Assembly: GCA_036677065.1 (NCBI GenBank)
Contig: JAKFBS010000001.1
Span: 608,001 to 672,000 of the forward strand
Source: Bdellovibrio sp.
Lineage (GTDB): Bacteria > Bdellovibrionota > Bdellovibrionia > Bdellovibrionales > Bdellovibrionaceae
Direction: 5' to 3'
DNA length: 64,000 bases
Shown piece after piece: positions 8,855 through 18,578 of this stretch (positions are counted from its first letter, which is position 1; every line of letters begins with the position of its first letter). The translations under genes were made by a program, and so were the position numbers. The notes under the pieces were generated by a model. That model worked only from the letters and a program-made list of their open reading frames with translations, was not told the origin of the DNA and ran no database searches.

Positions 8855-8887
8855 AACGCAGGGTCTAGTAAGACCACTGCGTTTTTT
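8855..8887 (+). terminator. Intrinsic terminator
   Basis: aacgcag-ggtc/gacc-a-ctgcgtt followed by T tract. Confidence 0.65.
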
Positions 8888-8920
8888 GCTTTTGGCCTCT
8901 AGTAATGGTTTCATTAAGAC

Positions 8921-9580
8921 ATGAAAACATTTCTTTTAATTTTATTGTCGTTAGTTTGCGTTGCCCAAAACTCTTTGGCCGCCGAGCCAGCATACTGTAA
9001 TCCAGAAACTTTTTTTGAAAAAGAAATTGAAACACAAGCTGGGATTTGGCGTCATCACACCTTTAGATTTGGCGATGTGATTTTATTAGGTGGAGCGATC
9101 GGCTACAGTAATCCATTAAAGATCACAGGCTTTGCCGAAGAAAATTCGACAGCAACATCAGCAGAAAAGTACTGCACTTGGTATTACAACGACGGCAATG
9201 ATTTTGCCTCTACTTTGTTTAACCATCATTACGTGACCAATCCGCAAAAAGTGACAGAAATTACTGGTCCGCAAGAGTATCGTGAAGTTTTAAAAGATCA
9301 GTTTGCAAAAGCTAACTTGAGTTTTTTATCATGTTTAGAAAATCATAAATACCTGGCGATGGGCTGTAATGGTCAAATGCACCGTGGGCCTACAGTCTTT
9401 GGAATGTTGTTAAGCTTTTCGGGCTGTAGTTCGAAAAATTCTTTAGCGATCGTAAATAAGTTGTGGGGTAAGAACGGCGTTAAACCAGAAGTTCGCCAGG
9501 CGATTATCGAAGAAGGTTATAAGCTAGGAAACGATGATCCGCAGGCTCGTTTAAGAATGCAAAAGGTTCTGGGTTATTAG
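8921..9580 (+). CDS. Secreted protein with CX5R (PTP/DSP-like) motif, paralog 1
   Basis: Signal peptide; GCNGQMHRGPT; highly similar to 9677-10336. Confidence 0.6.
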   Translation: MKTFLLILLSLVCVAQNSLAAEPAYCNPETFFEKEIETQAGIWRHHTFRFGDVILLGGAIGYSNPLKITGFAEENSTATSAEKYCTWYYNDGNDFASTLFNHHYVTNPQKVTEITGPQEYREVLKDQFAKANLSFLSCLENHKYLAMGCNGQMHRGPTVFGMLLSFSGCSSKNSLAIVNKLWGKNGVKPEVRQAIIEEGYKLGNDDPQARLRMQKVLGY

Positions 9581-9676
9581 TTCAAAGGCTAGTTTTCTAG
9601 CCTAAGGTCTGCTGAATTTACGCGACTTTCATACCGATAGGATAGGGATTCAATAACCCTAACCATTGGATGTATA

Positions 9677-10336
9677 ATGAAAGCATTTCTATTAATTTTA
9701 TTATCTGTAGTTACTTTAGCCCAGGTCGTTGCTGCTTCAGAGCCGGCTTATTGCGAACCTGAAAACTTTTTTAAGAAAGAATTTGATCCACACGAAAATA
9801 TTTGGCGCGATCATGCGTTTAAGTTCGGTGATGTTGTTTTATTAGGTGGAGCGATCGGCTACAGTAACTCGCGCAAAGTGGCTGAATTTGCAGAAGAAAA
9901 TTCAACAGCTTCGGCAGCCGAAAAATACTGTACTTGGTACTACAACGAAGGCAACGACAATGCGGCGGGGTTATTTAACCATCATTTCGTTTCGAATCCT
10001 AAAAAAGTCACGACGGTCACAGGCCCTAAAGAGTATCGCGCAGTTTTAAAAGATCAGTTTGCAAAATCAAAGAACAGTTTTTTATCGTGTTTAGAAAAGC
10101 ATAAAATTTTAGTGATGGGCTGTAATGGCCAAATGCACCGCGGACCAACCGTGTTCGGAATGTTATTGGGCTTTTCGGGTTGTAGCTCGAAAAATGCATT
10201 AACGATCGTAAATAAGCTTTGGGGTAAAAATGGTGTTAAACCAGAAGTGCGCCAGGCAATTATCGAAGAAGGTTACAAGTTAGGAAGCGAAGACCCAGAG
10301 GCCCGCCTAAGAATGCAAAAAGCCTTAGGTTACTAA
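9677..10336 (+). CDS. Secreted protein with CX5R (PTP/DSP-like) motif, paralog 2
   Basis: Same length (219 aa) and motifs as 8921-9580. Confidence 0.6.
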   Translation: MKAFLLILLSVVTLAQVVAASEPAYCEPENFFKKEFDPHENIWRDHAFKFGDVVLLGGAIGYSNSRKVAEFAEENSTASAAEKYCTWYYNEGNDNAAGLFNHHFVSNPKKVTTVTGPKEYRAVLKDQFAKSKNSFLSCLEKHKILVMGCNGQMHRGPTVFGMLLGFSGCSSKNALTIVNKLWGKNGVKPEVRQAIIEEGYKLGSEDPEARLRMQKALGY

Positions 10337-10389
10337 GAGCAGGTAGTCTAAGGTTGTCGGTAAAGTAAAAAAAGAGTAATCTTACTTAC

Positions 10390-11166
10390 ATGAGAAAAGA
10401 TTTGTTATTAGGAATTGGAGCCACGTTATTTGCGATGGCTCTTTTTTATTTCGCGGATAATCCAACTGCAAAATTAAATATCGGAAAAAATAAAATTGAT
10501 TCTGATGGCGACTACGGCGTGCCAGCCAATAAAAAAATATTAAATGACGAAGTGGCTGAAGCTCAGGCAGCTATATCTGCACGCTCGGCGGTTTCAGCAC
10601 CTTCAGAAGCTCTGAAGGCGGGAACGGCTCGTGATACCATTTCAAAAAATTTCGTAGAGCACTTAAAAACCATCGGCACCTGTTTGAAAATCAATCCTGC
10701 GATTGATAACCCAACAATCGAACCTACGTATGATAACTTGTTAATTAGCCTTCGTCCGGCCATTGGTGAGCTTGTGGTGCAAATGGATGACTGGACGCAG
10801 ATGGATCTGCAAAGTCCCGATGGCAGCCGTAAGCGCATCCGTACAGAGGTAAATTACGAAAACCCGAATGCTCCGGTTAAGTACGTGCAGCTTTATCATA
10901 TCAACGATCAGGGTTTTCCTGAAATGCAGCAAGTTGACGCTGAAAAAGCGCGTAATCCATCAGATGATTATATTAATTATTTACGTGGTGGTGCTGATTT
11001 AATGTTAAATGAACGCGGAAGCCGCGTGTATTTTCAAGAGGGCGAAGAGATCGTTCTTGTTGAAAGATCTGGTGTGATTGAATCTTTTTCATTAAGCAAA
11101 AACGGAAAAACAGTCAGTTGCACTGGCTTAGATGCCATCAATTCGAACTGTCAGTGTGTTCAATAG
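10390..11166 (+). CDS. Hypothetical N-terminally anchored periplasmic protein
   Basis: 258-aa ORF with N-terminal hydrophobic helix and C-terminal C...CQC. Confidence 0.6.
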   Translation: MRKDLLLGIGATLFAMALFYFADNPTAKLNIGKNKIDSDGDYGVPANKKILNDEVAEAQAAISARSAVSAPSEALKAGTARDTISKNFVEHLKTIGTCLKINPAIDNPTIEPTYDNLLISLRPAIGELVVQMDDWTQMDLQSPDGSRKRIRTEVNYENPNAPVKYVQLYHINDQGFPEMQQVDAEKARNPSDDYINYLRGGADLMLNERGSRVYFQEGEEIVLVERSGVIESFSLSKNGKTVSCTGLDAINSNCQCVQ

Positions 11167-11198
11167 CGTGTCTTCGACACGACAATAACGTGATCGCT

Positions 11199-11270
11199 TT
11201 AAGCGATCACGATGTGAGTTACGATAAGAGCAGCAAGTACAACCATTAATGACATATTTAAGTTATTCAT
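11199..11270 (-). CDS. 23-aa hydrophobic small peptide
   Basis: MNNLNMSLMVVLAALIVTHIVIA*, preceded by SD AAAGGGGA. Confidence 0.4.
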   Translation of the reverse strand: MNNLNMSLMVVLAALIVTHIVIA

Positions 11271-11491
11271 AGGATTATTCCCCTTTCTTGGATCTATACA
11301 TAGAACTATTTTTACTACATTTCCACTGTCATAATCCTGACAGGCATTAACTTCATGAAGTGACAAATATCGAAAATTAGATGTCATCTGATTAGACGAT
11401 TGGGTTTCTATGCCCGTTAAAATTAAGCTTATTGTGGCCAGTAAAGTGCTTTAAAACCTTCGGAACCCTAAAAGGGCTGAAGGACGTATTT

Positions 11492-13045
11492 GTGAAAAAG
11501 CTTGGAATCTATCTGTTTTTAGCGATTTTATTGCAGAGTTTTACTGCCTCAGCAGATCTTTGGACTGTGACCCAACAGTGGTCGCCAGAGCTTGAAACCC
11601 AGTATCAAGAGTGGGTAAAAACCAATGCTAAAGTCGACATGTTTTCGCGTGAATTTTTAGATGCAAAAAAAACTGTTTTAAATCCTTATTACGGCATGAC
11701 TACTGACTGTGCTGATACGGTTTACGCTTTACGTGTTATTTTCTCTTTCGAAAATGGTCTTCCATGGGCTATTAGAAATCCCGCAAGCCCTAAAAAGGTG
11801 ATTGCGCAAACGATGAAGCGTTTTGATAGTTATCCAGAAGGCGTTCCGCGCTTGCGAGCTTTTTTCAATATGCTATTTGATATCGTAAGTACAACTAGCT
11901 TACAGCACGACACTTATCCTGTTTCGATTAATAAAATTCATCCAGGCGTGATTATTTTAACTGCGAAAATCAACCATCACTCGTGGACGATTGCAGGTAT
12001 CGACGCTAAAGGAAATCCTCGTTTAGTGTATAACTCGGTTGTTGGTAAAGCTTCAGGTTCTAAATTACAACAGCGTTCAAGCTGGCCAAATCCGTTCTGG
12101 GTATTTCAGCCAGATGAAAAGCTAACAGATCCAAATGATCCATTGTCTGCAAAATTTAAAGTTCCGGTTTATGTACTTGATAGCTATGCAGGATTTCGTT
12201 ACTGGATTCCGATTGATAAATTAACAACTGATATACGCTTGCTTCCTGAATACAGCAACGATCAGTATGAGCTGGATTTAAAATCGTGGAAACAAACTAT
12301 TCAATCTAAATTAGCGACTAAAAAAGAATCTCTGCAAGAAGTGGTCGAGCGCCTGTTAAAAGATGCTTGTGATGATGTTAAGCAACGTATTACAGCAGTT
12401 GATGAAGCGGATCACTACAGAAAATTATTAAAACAAGCTCAAGAAAAAGAAGCAGCTTTGATTATGGCAAAAGCCAGCATGTTGCCGATCGAAGAAAAAG
12501 ATCAAGACTTGTTAGATATTTTAAAAGAATACAATGCTGATAAAAATGCTCTGGCTAATCCGCAGTGTTTAACGGCGAAACAATACGACCAACTTTCAAC
12601 ACCAAGCCGTGATAAACGTTTATTTGATGCCGTGATGTTAGCGCGCGCTTACTTTGTGCACGCGATGGAAGTCGGCGGAACTAAAGCATTCAGTGCGATT
12701 CGTTTAAAGCAGTTTAAAAGAATTTTTGCTCGTCCGGATAAACCTGCACGCGTTGAATCTGATTTAGCAACGGCTCCGATTACAGCCGGCGAGCTTTCAA
12801 TTTGTCGTGTGAAAATCGGTAAAGAAACTTTAGATATGGCTGAAATTAAACGCCGCTTATTTAAAAGCTACCTGTCTTCGAATCCGAATGAAGATCTACT
12901 TGGTCGCTGGGGCGCCCGCGCAGCTAAGCCATCTGAACTAGCGGCAAGCTGTTCGACTTACGGCGAAGTTTATAGCGCGTATGATTTAGATCAAGCCGAA
13001 GTTGAAGCACAGAATGAAATTCAAACTTTTAAAGGTATGAACTAA
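11492..13045 (+). CDS. Secreted hypothetical protein, possible papain-like Cys/His enzyme
   Basis: GTG start gives signal peptide MKKLGIYLFLAILLQSFTASA; DCAD and HHSW motifs. Confidence 0.6.
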   Translation: MKKLGIYLFLAILLQSFTASADLWTVTQQWSPELETQYQEWVKTNAKVDMFSREFLDAKKTVLNPYYGMTTDCADTVYALRVIFSFENGLPWAIRNPASPKKVIAQTMKRFDSYPEGVPRLRAFFNMLFDIVSTTSLQHDTYPVSINKIHPGVIILTAKINHHSWTIAGIDAKGNPRLVYNSVVGKASGSKLQQRSSWPNPFWVFQPDEKLTDPNDPLSAKFKVPVYVLDSYAGFRYWIPIDKLTTDIRLLPEYSNDQYELDLKSWKQTIQSKLATKKESLQEVVERLLKDACDDVKQRITAVDEADHYRKLLKQAQEKEAALIMAKASMLPIEEKDQDLLDILKEYNADKNALANPQCLTAKQYDQLSTPSRDKRLFDAVMLARAYFVHAMEVGGTKAFSAIRLKQFKRIFARPDKPARVESDLATAPITAGELSICRVKIGKETLDMAEIKRRLFKSYLSSNPNEDLLGRWGARAAKPSELAASCSTYGEVYSAYDLDQAEVEAQNEIQTFKGMN

Positions 13046-13105
13046 AGTCCAGATTACACAGTAGTCCTCTGGGGAAAAGCTCATGACTTCGATAAACTAG
13101 AGGTC

Positions 13106-14209
13106 ATGAAGTATTTATTATTTTACACGATGGTTTTGCTTTCGACTGCGGTCAAAGCTGAGATTGTCGAATTCAAATTACAAACTGAAAATCAAGCCTG
13201 CAAAGGGCTTTCACAAGTTGTTATTACTCAGGATAAAGTGGTGTTGTATCAACTTGAAGTTCCGATGTATGGAACGGGCCAAATTCACTTACTAACTGGC
13301 AACTACCAAATCGATGTGATCAATAAAGAAGGTTGCACTTATCAGAACCTTATTCAAATTTCTGATCTGCCAAATAAATTGATCGAAGTAAAATTAGAAA
13401 TGCAACCGCGCAAGCCCGCAATGACTTTAGAAGCTTCTGGCGGCATGACTCAGGGTTTTAATCCGATGAGCTATAATTTATGGCCGTCACCCTGGTGGGG
13501 TGGCTGGGGTTATAACCAATTTAACACGCAATTTTATTCTCCCTGTGGTTGGAGCATGTATGGCTGCAGTGGTAATTCTTATCCGCACAACGGCAATATC
13601 GCTATGGGAAAACCGAATATTTATTTCGCCGGCAAAGATGAAGGAAAATTTAAATTAAAATTTACAGACGATAATTTTAATTTTTTAGCAACAGTTCCAA
13701 GTTTTAAAGGCAAAGAAATTGGCGGCGAACTTCGTAAAGGCAGTATTTATAACGAGAACACGTGGTATCCGTATTTATTTTACGATGCCCGTATCAACGA
13801 TGACCACTTACAAAACAACCAAGGCTTTTGCGGAACCCGTAAAGAGATCTTTCAATTTATGATGGAAGGTTTAAAAAAATACGAATTTCCAAATGAAGCC
13901 AGAACCGATTTTGCAGAATACTGGTCAGTTAAAATCCCTGAAGCCTTACGCTACTGCGTTTTTCCCCAAGCTAGTGCACAGTTAGATAAAGCAGCGCCGC
14001 TAGAAATTACTTTTGATGATAAATCACAAGTGCAAACTGAAAGACTATTCTATTTAGTGATTCCGCAAGACTACAAAGGTAAACGTATTCCTGCTAAGTC
14101 GAATAAGTTTTCAGATAAACCAAAAAATACATGGAAGCACTATTCACGCACCGTGATTCCAAAAATGGCTTACATCTATGAATGGGGCGTGGGATTTATT
14201 TTCGAATAA
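13106..14209 (+). CDS. Secreted hypothetical protein with C-terminal KPxIY...YLFY...EWG domain
   Basis: Signal peptide, Gly/Trp/Tyr-rich linker, KPNIYF, YPYLFYD, DFAEYW and terminal EWG. Confidence 0.6.
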   Translation: MKYLLFYTMVLLSTAVKAEIVEFKLQTENQACKGLSQVVITQDKVVLYQLEVPMYGTGQIHLLTGNYQIDVINKEGCTYQNLIQISDLPNKLIEVKLEMQPRKPAMTLEASGGMTQGFNPMSYNLWPSPWWGGWGYNQFNTQFYSPCGWSMYGCSGNSYPHNGNIAMGKPNIYFAGKDEGKFKLKFTDDNFNFLATVPSFKGKEIGGELRKGSIYNENTWYPYLFYDARINDDHLQNNQGFCGTRKEIFQFMMEGLKKYEFPNEARTDFAEYWSVKIPEALRYCVFPQASAQLDKAAPLEITFDDKSQVQTERLFYLVIPQDYKGKRIPAKSNKFSDKPKNTWKHYSRTVIPKMAYIYEWGVGFIFE

Positions 14210-14210
14210 A

Positions 14211-14235
14211 AAAAGGGGCTTTTAAGGCCCCTTTT
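14211..14235. terminator. Bidirectional terminator between convergent genes
   Basis: aaaaggggct...ggcccctttt. Confidence 0.75.
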
Positions 14236-14239
14236 CATT

Positions 14240-16939
14240 TTACTGAAAGCGAGTTAACGCTTCCTTAAGTGAAACGACTTGAACTTTTGATTGCGCCAAC
14301 AATAATCTATCAGCCGCAATTACATCTTCATCAGCGTTTGCTACGAATTTTTCGTTAGATAATTTATTCGTAAGCAAGTTGATGTCTTTATCAAGTTTTT
14401 CGATTGTTTTTTGAATACGTTTTAGCTCTTCATCAAAATCGACCAAACCTTCTAAAGGAATAATCACTTTAACTTGTGTGTCTTTTACTGATACCGAAGT
14501 TACGGCACATTTCATTAAATCGCCATCTGCACCGATATCTAAAGTTTCTAAACGACCGATGGTCATTAACGCTGTACGGTTATCGCTTAACGTTTTTTGA
14601 ACAGCATCATCAGTTACGCCTAGACGAACTTTAAGTTTAATAGCCGGGCTAATACGATTTTCACCGCGAATATTACGCATAGCTGTGATCACTTCTTTAA
14701 CGATATCAATTTCATGCTCTGCTTTTTTACTGCCGAATGCTAAGAATTCGCGATCATTTGCCGTGGTTGGGTAGTTATCGATAATACAAGCTTCAGCTTT
14801 TAGCGGAAGTTTGGCATAGATTTCTTCAGTGATAAACGGGCAGAACGGGTGAAGTAATCTAACGATGCGATTTAAAACATGCGCCATCACTAATTGCGTC
14901 GCTTGTTTTTGTTCTGCATTTTGTCCAGATACGATGGGTTTAGAAAATTCAATGTACCAATCGCAGAACTGATTCCAGATAAATTGGTAAAGTTCTAATG
15001 CCGCTTCAGAGAACTTTTCGCCCTCTAAGGCTTCTTGCACTTTTTTCTCGGTATCGCCTAGTTTTGAAATAATCCATTGGTCAAATACGCTGATGTTCGC
15101 TTTAGCCGGCATAGCTTTAAGGCCTTCAGCTGGAATCGGCATATCAGAAATATTTGATAAGACGAAGCGAGACGCATTCCAAACTTTATTCATAAAGTTA
15201 CGGTAGCCCTCTAAACGTTGTTCAGAGAATTTAAAATCTTTACCGCTAAACAGATGCGCTAAGAAACTAAAACGTAAAGCATCAGCTCCGTATTTATCGA
15301 TCATCTCGATTGGATCGATTGAGTTACCTAAAGATTTAGACATCTTGCGGCCTTGGGCATCGCGAACAAGCCCGTGAACATAAACTGTTCTGAACGGAAC
15401 ATCTTTTTTAAACTCAACACCCATGACGATCATTCTGGCAACCCAGAAGAAAATAATATCGTGACCAGTAACTAAGTAATTTGTCGGGTAGAAAGTTTTT
15501 TGTGTTTCAACAGAGTGTTGATCTTCATTAGGCCAACCCATTGTTGAAAAAGGCCAAAGAGCAGATGAAAACCAAGTGTCTAATACATCTTCTTCTTGAG
15601 AAATCTTAGTGCTGTTGCAGTGATCACAGTGTGCAGGCGTGGTTTCTGCTACCGTGTGTTTTTCGCAATCATGGCAGTGCCATGCGGGAATACGATGCCC
15701 CCACCATAATTGGCGCGAGATACACCAGTCTTCAATGATATTCATCCAGTGAAGATAAACTTTTGTCCACGATTCTGGTTCAAAACGGATTGTGCCAGAT
15801 TCAACCACACGTTTTGCAGGAACAGCTAGCTCTTCCATTTTAAGAAACCATTGCTCAGACATAAATGGTTCAACGATAGCGTCTGTACGCGAACAGTGAC
15901 CCACTGAATGCATGTGTGGTTCTTCTTTAACTAATAGGCCTTGTGCTTTTAAGTCTTCACAAACTTTTTTGCGAGCTTCTATAACTTTTAAACCTTGGTA
16001 AGGACCAGCGTTTTCGTTCAATAGAGTTTTTTTAGTAAGAATATTAATAAATTCTAATTTGTGAGTTTTACCGATTTTGTAATCGTTAAAATCATGGGCC
16101 GGAGTAATTTTCACAACACCTGAACCAAAAGCGAGATCTACATAAGTGTCAGCGATGATTTTAATTTTACGATTGATCAACGGAACGGTTACAGTTTTTC
16201 CGATTAAATGTTGGTAACGAGTATCGTCCGGGTGAACACATAATGCCGTATCACCTAACATCGTTTCAGGACGAGTCGTAGCTACAGTTAACATTTCATC
16301 AGTGCCATCAACAGGGTAGTTAATGTGGTAAAGAGTTCCTTTAACTTGTTTGTGTTCAACTTCAAGATCAGAAATTGCAGACTCTAACGGGCCTGACCAA
16401 TTGACTAAACGTTGGCCTTTATAAATTAAATTCTTTTTGTATAAAGAAACAAAAGTTTTACGAACAGCTTTTGAAACGCCGTCATCTAAAGTAAATGTGG
16501 CGCGTTCCCAATCACATGAATCACCTAAACGACGCATTTGATTGTAAATACGATCGCCGTATTCGTGTTTCCATTCCCAAACTTTTTCTACGAATTTTTC
16601 GCGGCCTAAATCATGACGGGTAACGCCGCCATTTTTCTTTAACTCTTTTTCAACTACTGTTTGTGTCGCAATCCCTGCGTGATCTGTTCCTGGTAACCAC
16701 ATGGCATTAAAGCCAGACATACGCTTCCAGCGGATTAATAAATCTTGAATCGTGTGATCAAGTGCGTGGCCTAAATGTAAAAAGCCAGTGACATTTGGAG
16801 GAGGTAAAATAATAGAAAACGGAGGTTTTGTTGATTGATCTTGGGCTTTGAAATAGCCTTTGTCTTCCCACTGTTTGTAAACAGTAGCTTCAACGTCTTG
16901 TGGATTATAACGATCGGCGAGCGTAGTAGGATTTGTCAT
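14240..16939 (-). CDS. valS: Valine--tRNA ligase
   Basis: PPPNVTGFLHLGH, DHAGIATQ, WCISRQLWWGH, KMSKS and C-terminal coiled coil. Confidence 0.99.
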   Translation of the reverse strand: MTNPTTLADRYNPQDVEATVYKQWEDKGYFKAQDQSTKPPFSIILPPPNVTGFLHLGHALDHTIQDLLIRWKRMSGFNAMWLPGTDHAGIATQTVVEKELKKNGGVTRHDLGREKFVEKVWEWKHEYGDRIYNQMRRLGDSCDWERATFTLDDGVSKAVRKTFVSLYKKNLIYKGQRLVNWSGPLESAISDLEVEHKQVKGTLYHINYPVDGTDEMLTVATTRPETMLGDTALCVHPDDTRYQHLIGKTVTVPLINRKIKIIADTYVDLAFGSGVVKITPAHDFNDYKIGKTHKLEFINILTKKTLLNENAGPYQGLKVIEARKKVCEDLKAQGLLVKEEPHMHSVGHCSRTDAIVEPFMSEQWFLKMEELAVPAKRVVESGTIRFEPESWTKVYLHWMNIIEDWCISRQLWWGHRIPAWHCHDCEKHTVAETTPAHCDHCNSTKISQEEDVLDTWFSSALWPFSTMGWPNEDQHSVETQKTFYPTNYLVTGHDIIFFWVARMIVMGVEFKKDVPFRTVYVHGLVRDAQGRKMSKSLGNSIDPIEMIDKYGADALRFSFLAHLFSGKDFKFSEQRLEGYRNFMNKVWNASRFVLSNISDMPIPAEGLKAMPAKANISVFDQWIISKLGDTEKKVQEALEGEKFSEAALELYQFIWNQFCDWYIEFSKPIVSGQNAEQKQATQLVMAHVLNRIVRLLHPFCPFITEEIYAKLPLKAEACIIDNYPTTANDREFLAFGSKKAEHEIDIVKEVITAMRNIRGENRISPAIKLKVRLGVTDDAVQKTLSDNRTALMTIGRLETLDIGADGDLMKCAVTSVSVKDTQVKVIIPLEGLVDFDEELKRIQKTIEKLDKDINLLTNKLSNEKFVANADEDVIAADRLLLAQSKVQVVSLKEALTRFQ

Positions 16940-16958
16940 AGCTATCTAAGATAGCAAT

Positions 16959-17288
16959 TTAGCCTCGGTCAGTCACCATTTGCTGATAACCGCCATCAAT
17001 TAGATAGACGTTTGTATAACCTTTTTTTTCTAAACTATTAGCGATGCGCTCAGATTGCTTGCCATCAGGGCATAATAACAAAAGAGCAAAGTCTTTCGGG
17101 ATCTTACGCTCATCTAATTCTTGCTGGAGCTGGCTTTCGGTGGTCATGATCTGCCAAGCTTCGACATGCATTTTTTGAATCGAAGAATACCAAGGGGCAA
17201 TATCAGTTCCAAAATTAAAGAACATAAAGGGAACGCGGTTTTCGATCAGATTATTTAATTGGTAATAGCCGATTTTATTAAAACTCAT
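16959..17288 (-). CDS. Rhodanese-like domain protein
   Basis: LLLCPDGKQS...GYTNVYLIDGG. Confidence 0.8.
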   Translation of the reverse strand: MSFNKIGYYQLNNLIENRVPFMFFNFGTDIAPWYSSIQKMHVEAWQIMTTESQLQQELDERKIPKDFALLLLCPDGKQSERIANSLEKKGYTNVYLIDGGYQQMVTDRG

Positions 17289-18514
17289 ACGTTCGCCTTT
17301 TTTGCATGATCTGGAAGATCTTTAAAAATCATAAAAATAATCGTTAATGCAAATAGCGTGAAAGCGCCAGCCAGTAAAAATGGAGATCCTTTAAATGCGC
17401 TTTGTAGCAAAAAGCCGCCAATCGGTGGCCCAATGACTCGGCCTAACGCCGATAAACTTTGCGTTGTTCCCATAGCTAAACCTTGTTCTTCTGGGGGAAC
17501 AAGAAGAGAAACACTTCCCATAAAAGCAGGGTTGGTTAATCCATGGCCTAACGATAACAGGGTCATCGTAATACCCATAGCCGGAATACTTGGCGCAAAT
17601 GCAATTCCTGCAAGTCCTAAACCTAATAAAAGTAATCCCAGACAAAGAACTTTCTTTTCGCCCACTTTAGGTAAAAGGCGACGCACGAGAAAACCCTGCG
17701 TGAAAACAATGATTACACCGATGTAAGCAAATCCAAAACTGACTTCTTTGATGTTCCAGTTAAAAACTTCTTTCATGTAAAGCACTAAAGAAGATTCCAT
17801 TAAAGCCATCGCCAGTGTTGCTAGCGCAAAGCAGGTCATCAATGGGCCGACAGTTTTAGTTTTGAAGTAACGAGCAAGGTGAGACAATTTTTTTGCTTTT
17901 TCAGCACTGTTTTTAGCGCGTGTTTCTGGGCTGATGGATTCTTTTAAATTAAAGTAAGCAAAAATAAATGTGAACAAACACAACAGCGCTACGCCAAAAG
18001 AAGAAAACCCTGCGATAAAACCCATGTCAGTAGACATCGTTTCGGCCCAAATAGTTAAACCGCCACCGATCGCTGGTCCGAATAAAAATCCTAAACCAAA
18101 AGCTACGCCAATCACGGCCATACCCTTAGATCTATTTTCTGGAGTCGTCACATCAGAAACATAAGCCGAAGCCGTTGAAATCGATGCGCCAAAAAAGCCG
18201 GTTAAAATACGCGCGACAAAAAGCATTTCTATTGAACGTGAATACGCTAAGACCAAATAAGAAATCATTTCACCCAAAAGGCAGTACATTAAAATGGGTC
18301 TGCGGCCGTAGCGATCTGATAGTTTTCCCCAAAACGGAGCAAAAATAAATTGCATCAAAGAATAAGACGCCATCAGTAAGCCGGCAATCCAAGGGGTTGC
18401 GCCGTAGTGAACACTTAAAAGGGGAATCACTGGAATGATCATTCCAAAACCTAAAAGGTAAATGAAAACTGTGAAAAATATGACGATAAGTGGTTTTGAA
18501 TTTGGGTTGCTCAT
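17285..18514 (-). CDS. MFS transporter (TetA/DHA1-like)
   Basis: GKLSDRYGRRP motif A, GPAIGG and about 12 TM segments. Start moved to MSNPNSKP. Confidence 0.92.
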   Translation of the reverse strand: MSNPNSKPLIVIFFTVFIYLLGFGMIIPVIPLLSVHYGATPWIAGLLMASYSLMQFIFAPFWGKLSDRYGRRPILMYCLLGEMISYLVLAYSRSIEMLFVARILTGFFGASISTASAYVSDVTTPENRSKGMAVIGVAFGLGFLFGPAIGGGLTIWAETMSTDMGFIAGFSSFGVALLCLFTFIFAYFNLKESISPETRAKNSAEKAKKLSHLARYFKTKTVGPLMTCFALATLAMALMESSLVLYMKEVFNWNIKEVSFGFAYIGVIIVFTQGFLVRRLLPKVGEKKVLCLGLLLLGLGLAGIAFAPSIPAMGITMTLLSLGHGLTNPAFMGSVSLLVPPEEQGLAMGTTQSLSALGRVIGPPIGGFLLQSAFKGSPFLLAGAFTLFALTIIFMIFKDLPDHAKKANV

Positions 18515-18578
18515 ATTAGCCGATCTAGACCTTTGTCTTCTGCTTTTCATATATAAACTCGGTTACACTGGTGTGGCT

